In this document: positions 1-8,729 of the stretch, one piece after another
Layout of the letters: each line of letters opens with the position of its first letter
Numbering within the stretch: the first letter of the stretch is position 1
Assembly: GCA_044440125.1 (NCBI GenBank)
Contig: JBITAJ010000004.1
Location: forward strand, 64,001 to 128,000
DNA: 64,000 bases
Source: Sedimentisphaeraceae bacterium JB056
Lineage (GTDB): Bacteria > Planctomycetota > Phycisphaerae > Sedimentisphaerales > Sedimentisphaeraceae
Direction: 5' to 3'
Translations under genes and position numbers: made by a program
The notes under the pieces: model-generated
Told to the model about the DNA's origin: nothing
Database searches by the model: none
The model's input: the letters and a program-made list of their open reading frames with translations, nothing else

Positions 1-85
1 CTGAATAGATGACATCACCGGCAAGAGCTTTAATACCAAACGAAATTAAAGCACAAGCAAATATCAGCGGTATTGAACATCTCAT
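1..85 (-). CDS. 5' end of a secreted protein (continues beyond the window)
   Basis: ATG at 85 just after the stop of the pilin-like gene; translation MRCSIPLIFACALISFGIKALAGDVIYS looks like a signal peptide. Confidence 0.6.
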   Translation of the reverse strand, partial: MRCSIPLIFACALISFGIKALAGDVIYS

Positions 86-87
86 AT

Positions 88-741
88 TCAACGACCATAT
101 ACTTTAATATGTTTTTCCGTATTCATACTTTCCCAGTCTTTGGTGTATTCAACATGTCCATCACCAAATCCATAGTTCGCCCCCTCATTATCACGATCGC
201 CGTATCTGCGTTCAAACGCGGTATCACCTTCATACCTAAATCCCCAATTTAACAAATTAGAGACGCGATCTCTTTCTACATCTGCTAATACAACCAACTC
301 AGCAGAGTCCTTGAATGAAGTTAGTTTCCGTCCCTTTAATGGGCCAACATATCTATCTCCATCGTCATCAATAACACCTGCCAATTCCATATTAAGGCCG
401 TAATGACAGAAGTAATCTCCCCATATATTTTTCTCGCGAAGTTTCTGAGAAGGACAAAGAAAAGCCTCTATAGGCATATCATAAATCTCAAGCTTTGTCA
501 TAAAACCGTTACCTGTGAAATTATCTATCAAAGGCGTAACCCAGCCGTCATTTTCCTGAACATATATCATCTGAGCCGTCATTACCTGCCGTACATTGGA
601 AGTGCATATTGTCTTCTTGGCAAGAGCCCTCGCCTTTGACAAAGCCGGCATCATTACCGCCATTAGCAATGCTATTATAGAAATAACAACTAAAAGCTCT
701 ATGAGTGTAAAACCGTCTGCTCTTTTTTTGTAACTGTTCAT
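88..741 (-). CDS. Prepilin-type N-terminal cleavage/methylation protein (DUF1559/H-X9-DG family)
   Basis: [30 protein letters not shown]-terminus and C-terminal GANYGFGDGHVE; likely start MNSYKK at 741. Confidence 0.9.
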   Translation of the reverse strand: MNSYKKRADGFTLIELLVVISIIALLMAVMMPALSKARALAKKTICTSNVRQVMTAQMIYVQENDGWVTPLIDNFTGNGFMTKLEIYDMPIEAFLCPSQKLREKNIWGDYFCHYGLNMELAGVIDDDGDRYVGPLKGRKLTSFKDSAELVVLADVERDRVSNLLNWGFRYEGDTAFERRYGDRDNEGANYGFGDGHVEYTKDWESMNTEKHIKVYGR

Positions 742-761
742 AAGAAACCGTTCTTTATAAT

Positions 762-787
762 GGCGGGCGGTTTTAAAACCACCCGCC
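762..787. repeat. Intergenic GC-rich inverted repeat inside an operon
   Basis: ggcgggcggtttt / aaaaccacccgcc. Confidence 0.7.
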
Positions 788-811
788 GTCATTAATCAAT
801 GTTCAATTATT

Positions 812-3001
812 TTAGTTCACCAGAGTTGTTTCGAGCCAATACTTGACCATTATTGAAAGATCTGAAGTATTAACAAAACCGTCAAAGTTGATATCGCCCA
901 AGCTGCCGGCATCTGTTTCGGTCAGCCAGCTGTCACTCATAGCGGCAAAATCTTCAATACCAACAACACCATTTTGATTTATATCTGACTCACGATACTG
1001 CAATGCATAGATTTCTGCAATGTCTATATCGCTAAGAGCACGCTTATAGATCCTCACTTCATCAAGAAGTCCGTTCATACCTCTCGGCAAGCTCATCTGA
1101 CCGCCAAGTCTGACTTCAGAATATTCCATTGGACCGTCAACGCTGAATGTCTGTTTTTGGTCATTGAAATATACGGTAAGAGTATTATTGAACTGAGTCA
1201 CAGCAACAAATGACCATGTATCCAGAGGTATCTCAAAATCAGAGATGTTATTTGAAGCCGGATTGCTGTAGTATGCCTCAAGCTTACCGTCTCTTATTCT
1301 CAATACCGTGGCGTTTGAATAATTTTCACCGTCAAAATAAGTAAACCAGACGATATTATGCGGTGAAGTTTCCGTGAAACCATCCTGCAGCATATATGGT
1401 TTAATCCATGCCGTAGCAGTAACACCGTCAGTAGGTATATTTAAGGTTCCATTAGGCGTTGTGATAACTTGAAGGCCCTTGCTTGCAGTATCAAACTGAT
1501 AACACTCACCAAGATGACCATTAGCAGACACAACAATCTCATTAGGATCACCAAACTCAGGTGTTACATCAACTTCAATACCAAGAGGTCCCGAATCTTC
1601 CATATCACCATCAAGGTGCCAATAGGCACACATATCAGTAGCTATGTCAGGCTCAGGGGTGACATAATTGTAAAGGGCCTGCAGATCAACCGTACTGAGA
1701 GCTCTTTTGTATACTCTCACATCATCAAGGAGACCGGTAAGTCCACGTGAAGTATTGGGGATGCCGCCAATAAGGAAGCGATTATACATCTGACCGCCAT
1801 CAACAGTAAATTCCGAAGAATACGTGTCATTAAGATAGAATTTTATACTTGTGCCATCCTGTATTATAGCAACAAATGACCACTGGTTTTCCGGCACTGA
1901 AAGCCCACTGGAGAGATTCAGTGAAGGATTCTTGTAATAAACATCAAGCATTCCATCACGAATACGGAAGTCAAGCACATTAGCAGTAGCAGGACTGTCG
2001 TACATCCTTACTATCGTATGAGGAGATGTCGTAGTAAACCCATCCGTGAGAACTGAAGGATTAATCCAACCCGTAATTGTAATAGGATCATTAGGGTCTA
2101 CAGAAGTAGTCATAGCAGCAAGCATTGAAGGTCCGCTTGCGGCATTATCAAACTCATAACAACTTCCAACAGCACCATTGGCGTTCACAACAGGGGCCGT
2201 ACCAACAGAAATCAGATCAAGACCATAACCACTCTGATCACTCCAGTCTCCATCCAGAGGCCAGTAACCGTAAAGGTCAGAAGTGATATCAGATACTGTC
2301 GGATCATATGAATAAACTTCCAGTATCTCAGCATCTGTAAGAGCTCTTTTGTAAAATCTAACCTCATCCATATAACCTGTTATACCACGAGCAGTCGTTG
2401 CACCAGTCGATCCAAGCATAATCCTGTTGTACGCCTGTGAACCATCAACCGCAAAAGTTTGCTTCTGATCATTCAGGTAAACCGTCAAAGAAGTACCAGT
2501 CTGAGTGACTGCAACAAACGACCACTCATTTGCCGGAACAGTAAGACTGCTGAGCTTGTTAGCCGCAGGATTGGTGTAATATACATCCAGATTATTGTCA
2601 CGAATCCTGAAATCCATGGCAGATGAGGAGCTTGTACTGAGATAAAGCTTTGCAATAGTATGCGGAGAGGTAGCTGTAAAACCAGCCTGAAGCACTGAAG
2701 GATTTATCCATGCTGTTACGGTGACAGAATCAGACACATCCACCGTTGTAGCTTGAAAAAGAACCTGTGCCCCCGCTGCCGTATTGCTGAATTCATAACA
2801 GCCGTTAAATACTCCGTTTCCATTCGGAATAGGATTGCCGCCGCTTCCGGCAGCATTCAAATCAAGCCCATTTCCACTGCTGTCAGAAATGTTGCCATCA
2901 AGCATCCAGTAACCGGCAAGATCGGATTCTATGTCACCAAATACCACTGTTGAAATAAACATAACAAGGCATAAGATTAAAAATACTCTATACTTACCCA
3001 T
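812..3001 (-). CDS. Secreted protein with 3 LamG/concanavalin-like repeats and a C-terminal dockerin-like duplicated EF-hand
   Basis: Signal peptide; three YWxLDG...D(E/D)VRxYKRAL repeats; DINQNGVVGIEDF...GDINFDGFVNTSDL..W tail. Confidence 0.85.
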   Translation of the reverse strand: MGKYRVFLILCLVMFISTVVFGDIESDLAGYWMLDGNISDSSGNGLDLNAAGSGGNPIPNGNGVFNGCYEFSNTAAGAQVLFQATTVDVSDSVTVTAWINPSVLQAGFTATSPHTIAKLYLSTSSSSAMDFRIRDNNLDVYYTNPAANKLSSLTVPANEWSFVAVTQTGTSLTVYLNDQKQTFAVDGSQAYNRIMLGSTGATTARGITGYMDEVRFYKRALTDAEILEVYSYDPTVSDITSDLYGYWPLDGDWSDQSGYGLDLISVGTAPVVNANGAVGSCYEFDNAASGPSMLAAMTTSVDPNDPITITGWINPSVLTDGFTTTSPHTIVRMYDSPATANVLDFRIRDGMLDVYYKNPSLNLSSGLSVPENQWSFVAIIQDGTSIKFYLNDTYSSEFTVDGGQMYNRFLIGGIPNTSRGLTGLLDDVRVYKRALSTVDLQALYNYVTPEPDIATDMCAYWHLDGDMEDSGPLGIEVDVTPEFGDPNEIVVSANGHLGECYQFDTASKGLQVITTPNGTLNIPTDGVTATAWIKPYMLQDGFTETSPHNIVWFTYFDGENYSNATVLRIRDGKLEAYYSNPASNNISDFEIPLDTWSFVAVTQFNNTLTVYFNDQKQTFSVDGPMEYSEVRLGGQMSLPRGMNGLLDEVRIYKRALSDIDIAEIYALQYRESDINQNGVVGIEDFAAMSDSWLTETDAGSLGDINFDGFVNTSDLSIMVKYWLETTLVN

Positions 3002-3047
3002 AAATGTCTCCTTTAAAAAAGTTAAAATTATTCAGTTGCTTTTAAAG

Positions 3048-4067
3048 TTATTCCGAAACTATAAGTTGCGGCTCAACAAACATACATATCTTGCCGCTGT
3101 CTTTTACTGAGTGTTCCAGACTCCACAAGAGTTCACGAACCACCCTGCTGCCAAGGGTTGAGGCTCCAATATCAACAGTGGCAGGCTTAGGATGCAGACC
3201 TGCAAGAGCCACAGGGTCATTATCGGTACCAATGATTTCAACATCTTTACCCGGCACAACACCTTTTGAATAAAGAATTTCATAAAGCAAGGCTACCTGC
3301 ATATCAATAGGGACAAAAAGACCGGTAGGCTTTACATCCGCCGCAAGCATCCTCTCTACCAAGTCGCCAAGAATAACCTTAAAACTTGCAAGATCATTGA
3401 TTGGCGACCTTTCATTGCCTCCGATAAACATTTCAACAGACTCTGCACCGGCACTTTTGGCATAAAGATCGAAGAATTCCGCACGTCTTTTGACTCCGGG
3501 ATGTTCGCTGAAAGCGTTGACAACAGCAAGCTTTTTGTGCCCTCTGTCAAGCAGATAACGTGCAGCCATTTCACCTATCATCTCATTACCGCCGAGCAGT
3601 ATTGACCCACCGCTGTTTTGATGCGATGAAAGCCAAACCGACGGTATCGATTCAATACACTCAAGAACATCTTTATCAGGCTGGGGACCGGTAAGTATCA
3701 AACCGTCAACCTTTGCATCAAGCACTGCCGGCGGCAGGGATTCAGCATCAGGAACATGGGCAAGTATCATATTTATACCCTGCTCCTTCAACGCTTCCTG
3801 AATACCGTTGACCAATTGCATGGAAACTGAAGAATAAACCTGAAATATATCTTCGCTAAGAACAAGAAAGGCTACTGTTTTATGTTTAAGATATGAATTA
3901 TTGCGGATAGCCTTCTTCTTTATTTTAGAAAGATCAATACCTTTCTGGGCAATGATATTTCTTACATGATTTACCGTCTCATCCGAAACTCCCGGCCTCT
4001 CGTTCAAAACTCTTGATACCGTTGCGGGAGACACTTTTGCAAGTTTAGCAATCTCTAAATTAAGCAT
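3048..4067 (-). CDS. LacI-family transcriptional regulator
   Basis: IAKLAKVSPATVSRVLN HTH followed by a periplasmic-binding-fold domain; SD AAGAGG upstream. Confidence 0.92.
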   Translation of the reverse strand: MLNLEIAKLAKVSPATVSRVLNERPGVSDETVNHVRNIIAQKGIDLSKIKKKAIRNNSYLKHKTVAFLVLSEDIFQVYSSVSMQLVNGIQEALKEQGINMILAHVPDAESLPPAVLDAKVDGLILTGPQPDKDVLECIESIPSVWLSSHQNSGGSILLGGNEMIGEMAARYLLDRGHKKLAVVNAFSEHPGVKRRAEFFDLYAKSAGAESVEMFIGGNERSPINDLASFKVILGDLVERMLAADVKPTGLFVPIDMQVALLYEILYSKGVVPGKDVEIIGTDNDPVALAGLHPKPATVDIGASTLGSRVVRELLWSLEHSVKDSGKICMFVEPQLIVSE

Positions 4068-4162
4068 TTCAAACCTCTTTTATGGGTTATATCACAAGTC
4101 GGATTAGCATCCTGACTTTAATAATCACGTTGACCACAAACCCATCATAGCAATGTTTCAGG

Positions 4163-4319
4163 GAAATTTCAATGAAATTTTCTTTAAAATTCCAAAACAG
4201 TCTACATAAAGGCGTAAAAAGGCCATAAAACAGGCTTCACAAGCAATAAAATTAGCTCAAAACTATATTTTTCACGAAATCGTCCATGAAATTTCAAAAA
4301 TATATTGCAAAAATTTCAT
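4163..4319. promoter_or_regulatory. Candidate LacI operators (TGAAATTTCA-like palindromes)
   Basis: Perfect TGAAATTTCA at 4287-4296; variants at 4163-4171, 4173-4182 and ~4309-4319 in the divergent lacI/aldolase spacer. Confidence 0.45.
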
Positions 4320-4423
4320 AAATCACATAACATATAAGAATGATAAGCTGATATATTAAGCAGCTATATCTGTTTCGCTATAATGAATTGAATATTTAAT
4401 TTAACAGCTTAGGAAGTTAAAAA

Positions 4424-5368
4424 ATGAATTCTCTACCTGCAGGAACATGGCCGGTAATGCTTACACCCTTCGATGAAAACAGAAACATCGACTTCAATGG
4501 ACTGAAAGATCTTATAGATTTTTATCTTGATAATAATGTTTCAGGCTTGTTTGCCACATGCGGCTCAAGCGAGATATCCATGCTGAGCCGACCCGAAATA
4601 ATTGAACTTTGCAAGGCAACCGTAAAACAAACTAACGGTAGAGTCCCTATTGTCGCCGGCATCCCCAAATGTGATACAATTGCCCAGCAAGCAGAATTAA
4701 TAAAGCAAATTTCCGGAGAAGGCGTAGATTGCTGCGTGATAATGGCCTGCTACATAGCATCCCAAGACGAAACCGAAGAACAATGGATATCAGAAGTAGA
4801 ATCCCTGCTTGAAATGACCGAAAACATCCCGTTAGGAATATATGAGTGCCCGCATCCTTACCACAGATTACTCCCACCTGAAACACTCAAATGGATAGCC
4901 CAAACAGGCAGATTCCTGTTTCACAAAGATACCTGCTGCAATATAAAGGATATCAACAATAAACTTGAATACTGCAAAGACACCAATCTATCCTTTTATA
5001 ACGCCCATACTGGTTCCTTGCTCGACTCAATGAAAAACGGAGCCAAAGGATATTGCGGCGTAGGAATTAATTTTTATCCCGAACTCTACAACTGGATATT
5101 AGACAACTATGACTCTCAACCTCATCTGGCCGAAGAAATCGCTGATTTTCTTTCAAATGCCGAAGGCATATTCGGAAGCGAATACCCGCCCTCATCAAAG
5201 GTATTTCTCAAAATGAGAGGACTCGAAATATCACCTGTATGCAGGGTAAGCGAAACGGCAGTAAGCGACCAAATGACTCAAAACCTCAGATTGTTATTAG
5301 AAAAAACCAATTATTATATACAGAAAGCAGATACTCAAAGCTGCACGCCTGCTAATATAGGGGCATAG
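4424..5368 (+). CDS. DapA/NanA-family (class I) aldolase/lyase
   Basis: PVMLTPF, ATCGSSE, YECPHPYHR and Schiff-base Lys in FHKDT. Confidence 0.85.
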   Translation: MNSLPAGTWPVMLTPFDENRNIDFNGLKDLIDFYLDNNVSGLFATCGSSEISMLSRPEIIELCKATVKQTNGRVPIVAGIPKCDTIAQQAELIKQISGEGVDCCVIMACYIASQDETEEQWISEVESLLEMTENIPLGIYECPHPYHRLLPPETLKWIAQTGRFLFHKDTCCNIKDINNKLEYCKDTNLSFYNAHTGSLLDSMKNGAKGYCGVGINFYPELYNWILDNYDSQPHLAEEIADFLSNAEGIFGSEYPPSSKVFLKMRGLEISPVCRVSETAVSDQMTQNLRLLLEKTNYYIQKADTQSCTPANIGA

Positions 5369-5387
5369 AAACACGGCAAGCTAAAAT

Positions 5388-5433
5388 AAAAAAGCCCTGT
5401 TTTCGATTATTGAAGTCGAAAACAGGGCTTTTT
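5388..5433. terminator. Bidirectional intrinsic terminator-like hairpin next to the tRNA-Thr fragment
   Basis: aaaaagccctgttttcga...tcgaaaacagggcttttt. Confidence 0.8.
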
Positions 5434-5435
5434 CA

Positions 5436-5488
5436 TTAATGCCAACGGTGAGACTCGAACTCACGACCGCCGGTTTACAAAACCGGTG
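5436..5488 (-). repeat. att site: duplicated 3' part of tRNA-Thr(TGT)
   Basis: Identical to 52566-52618 (ttaatgccaacggtgagactcgaactcacgaccgccggtttacaaaaccggtg); D arm absent. Confidence 0.95.
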
Positions 5489-5707
5489 TTCCCAAAACAT
5501 AAGTAATGAAACAGAAGTATCTTACAAAAACAACCAAGCAATAGGGACATTAACTGGGACACAGATGTGTACACCCAATAAATTAGCCACTTTGGATAAT
5601 GACCTGCAAAATATAATCAACAAATGGTCAAGTCTGCCAGAACATATCAGGCAAGCAATTCAAACTCTCGTTCAAGTATCTAAGCGGTAAATTATTCAAG
5701 ATTCGGA

Positions 5708-5734
5708 GACCTTCGGATCGACAGTCCGACTCTC
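5708..5734 (-). repeat. tRNA-Asp(GTC) anticodon-arm fragment (att core remnant)
   Basis: Minus strand reads GAGAG TCGGA CTGTCGA TCCGA AGGTC; 20 bp identical to 51982-52001. Confidence 0.7.
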
Positions 5735-5863
5735 TGGTTTCGTAAGTATCTACTAATAAATAATTAACAACTGATATTAAAAGACTTATAATTTCAACCG
5801 TAACACAGTCGAAGCTCAACAGTAAACCAAACGTGCATAACTGTTGCAAGTGTGTTGCAAATT

Positions 5864-6184
5864 CAAGACCTGGATCAACCTCTTTTGTCCTGTATTGAAC
5901 CAGGAATATATAATGATACTGATATCCAATGCATAGAAAGACTCGGCGGTCTCCTGAAATCAGACCACCGCCTTGCCACTTGAAAAACTTACTATTCAAG
6001 CTGAACCTACAGTGCCATTGCGCGAAGACTTATGTATTCGGTGTTAAATTAAGTCAAATATAAATTGCTTTCTACAACACATAACATAATTACAATGCAT
6101 CGAGTATAAAAAACAGCTCAAATTAATTTAATTAACTCATCAAAAAGCAAAGACCTGGTAATGGATGAGTTTTTGTACCCCACG
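5864..6184 (+). pseudogene. 3' remnant of an integrase-core (rve/DDE) transposase gene plus putative element end
   Basis: 5864-5983 translates QDLDQPLL...DIQCIERLGGLLKSDHRLAT*, resembling the C-terminal ERLGGLLKxYxR motif of such proteins; 5933-6184 is repeated at 52182-52435. Confidence 0.65.
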
Positions 6185-6210
6185 GGATTACTGACCTTTG
6201 AAGATTGATA

Positions 6211-7683
6211 TCAATTACGAAACAATGAAATAGTAACTGCCGTAATGACAAGAACGGTATTCACTATTAAAACAGTCGCGTAGGCATGAACATTAATACT
6301 TAAAGCATGCGGCAACCAACCAAAATAATTCATCATAAGGTATATATTAACCAAAACAGCTACCATAGTACCCCAAAGCACCGCTTTATAATCGACTCGT
6401 TTAACAAAAAAACCAAGCATATAAATACCAAGTACACATCCTCCAAATACTGAATTTAGTATAAAGCCAAGATCCACCATGCTCTCACGTGGCACATAAT
6501 GAAACGCTATCGCACCAGATATCATAAATACACCTGCCGCAATTGATATGAGCTTGGCTCTGGAAAGATAATAAGCATCGTCTGAATTTCTTGATAAATA
6601 ACGCTTTAATATATCAACTGTAAATATCGTGGCTATTGAGTTTATTGAAGAATCAAGAGAAGACATTGCTGCCGCCAGACATGCCGCCACAATAAGCCCG
6701 GCAACTCCTGCCGGTATCTTTGTAAGTATAAAATACGGCAGTACCTGATCGGCATTCATACTTTGGACTGTACTATCGGGAAACACTTTATAGTAAACAA
6801 ACAAGCATGTTCCCAGGAAGAAAAATAAGAGCCACATTGGGACACTCATAATTGCACATAACAGAGTAGCTTTACGAGCTTCTCTCATTGACTTAGATGC
6901 CAAATATCGCTGTATAACGTTTTGGTTACTCGAATACTCAGTCATAAACCCTATTAGCCCCATAATAGCCATTACAAAGAAAGTTCTCTGATCAAGCCCC
7001 CATTCAACTGGACCAATACTAAATTTATCATTGGTCGCACCTACCTCAAAAACCTGCATTAGACCTTCAGGCAAGGCAATCAAAATGGATACAAAACAAA
7101 GTATGCCGCCAAGAAGGAGTATTAAGGTTTGGACAACATCAGTCCATATAACAGCCTCAAAACCACCAAGAACTGTATAAAAACTGATAAATATTCCACC
7201 AACAATGATTACAAGTATTATTGACTGGCCCGTCAATATTGCTATAGGTATTGAAACAAGATACAACACTGTACTTAGACGTAAAAGCTGCAATATTATA
7301 AAACTAACAGAAGCATACAATCGCACCAAATGGCCAAATCTTTTTTCAAGATACTCAAAAGCAGATGTAATCCTGCCTTCTCTGAAAATCGGTATAAAAA
7401 TAAATATGGCCGCTATTGCTACAAATGGCAACATTAGATTCGGAATAATATTTCTGTAATCCAATACAAAAGCAGCTGCAGGCAAAGCCAAAAAAGTTAC
7501 AGAGCTTATTGATGTTCCCAACATAGAAAGGCCTATAGCCCAACCTGGAAAAGAACGATTTCCGAGAAAGTAATCCTCTGTACTCTTATTTCGAGTTGCA
7601 AAATAAACACCAACTGCCGCCATTCCAAACAAAAACAAAAAAATAACAGCAATATCCAAAGGACGAATGACCAAAGAAAGCAT
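6211..7683 (-). CDS. Sodium:solute symporter (SSS), sialic-acid/sugar type
   Basis: Many TM helices; EDYFLGNR, SSVTF, GGFEAVIWTDVVQ, AAAMSSLDSSINS motifs. Confidence 0.9.
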   Translation of the reverse strand: MLSLVIRPLDIAVIFLFLFGMAAVGVYFATRNKSTEDYFLGNRSFPGWAIGLSMLGTSISSVTFLALPAAAFVLDYRNIIPNLMLPFVAIAAIFIFIPIFREGRITSAFEYLEKRFGHLVRLYASVSFIILQLLRLSTVLYLVSIPIAILTGQSIILVIIVGGIFISFYTVLGGFEAVIWTDVVQTLILLLGGILCFVSILIALPEGLMQVFEVGATNDKFSIGPVEWGLDQRTFFVMAIMGLIGFMTEYSSNQNVIQRYLASKSMREARKATLLCAIMSVPMWLLFFFLGTCLFVYYKVFPDSTVQSMNADQVLPYFILTKIPAGVAGLIVAACLAAAMSSLDSSINSIATIFTVDILKRYLSRNSDDAYYLSRAKLISIAAGVFMISGAIAFHYVPRESMVDLGFILNSVFGGCVLGIYMLGFFVKRVDYKAVLWGTMVAVLVNIYLMMNYFGWLPHALSINVHAYATVLIVNTVLVITAVTISLFRN

Positions 7684-7750
7684 TAAATAATAGCTCCGTC
7701 TAATTATAACCAGTGATTAGTTCTCATGCCAATAATACATATTGTCAGAA

Positions 7751-8677
7751 TTATACCAAATAAGATTTTCCAACAGATTCAACTTCGCGTGAAAGAATTT
7801 GTAATTGTTCCAACTGTTGATCAGTCAGTTCTGTAGGCCTGTACTTACAGATATGATTAAGAGGAACACCTTTAAGCTTAAGAAAACACTTGGCAACTGC
7901 AGGATAAACATTACTTATCTTCAATATGTTTTCTTCCGTATTTGAAAGAAGATTTTGTAAGTTCATAGAAAATTCAGCACCTTCGCCATGCCTCTTACAT
8001 AATGCTGCACAAAGATCAGGATAAAAATTAGACATAATGCCGCTGTAACCATTTCCTCCATAATTTAATGAATCAAGTAGAGTATCTATATGAGCATTAA
8101 AAAATTTCAAATTTGAGCCATTAGACATTCGAATTTTCTCTTTAATTTTGTTCGTATCGCAACTTGTATCTTTATGAAAAACAAACCTCCCTGTCTTTGC
8201 TACCCATTCATATAATTCAATATCTAACAATCTATGATATGGTAAAGGACATTCGTATATCCCTAATGCAAAATCACCTGTCAATTCCATCAACTTCTCA
8301 GCCCGACTCTTCCATACAGAATCTTCCTCTGATTCATCTGCAAGCTGATTTACTGCGATAACAGCAACATCAACCCCGATATCCAGAATCTTTTTTATAA
8401 ACTCAGCCTGACTCTCAATTTTATCGTGCATTATCGCCCCAGAAAGTACAGGTTTTCTTTCATTAACTTTCTTTGCCGCAAAAGATGCAATTTCCAACAT
8501 ATCCTGTGAGCTCAAATATTGTATCTCACTTGATGCACAATTAATAAATAACCCATCGGCACCGGAATCAAGATAAAAATCTATTAGATGTGACATTCCA
8601 TCCCAATCAATAGAATGATCATTATTAAACGGTGTTAAAGTCACAGGATATAAGCCGTCGTTAATAAGCTGCTTCAT
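7751..8677 (-). CDS. DapA/NanA-family aldolase/lyase (paralogue of 4424..5368)
   Basis: PVTLTPF, INCASSE, YECPLPYHR, FHKDT. Confidence 0.85.
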   Translation of the reverse strand: MKQLINDGLYPVTLTPFNNDHSIDWDGMSHLIDFYLDSGADGLFINCASSEIQYLSSQDMLEIASFAAKKVNERKPVLSGAIMHDKIESQAEFIKKILDIGVDVAVIAVNQLADESEEDSVWKSRAEKLMELTGDFALGIYECPLPYHRLLDIELYEWVAKTGRFVFHKDTSCDTNKIKEKIRMSNGSNLKFFNAHIDTLLDSLNYGGNGYSGIMSNFYPDLCAALCKRHGEGAEFSMNLQNLLSNTEENILKISNVYPAVAKCFLKLKGVPLNHICKYRPTELTDQQLEQLQILSREVESVGKSYLV

Positions 8678-8729
8678 AATTTTCTCATTAAAAATTCGTT
8701 CTTAGTTCAGTAAATTCTCAAAACAATTT

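Noticed and set aside
4424..5368. Calling the aldolases dapA or nanA
   Set aside because: Active-site motifs (CGSSE, CASSE, GTCGE) match neither, so no gene symbol was assigned.
5439..5564. N-terminal half of the 83-aa ORF 5439..5690
   Set aside because: It is the antisense reading of the tRNA-Thr fragment and att arm; not a credible protein.
5628..5999. 123-aa minus-strand ORF
   Set aside because: Antisense to the transposase remnant and att DNA; no motifs.
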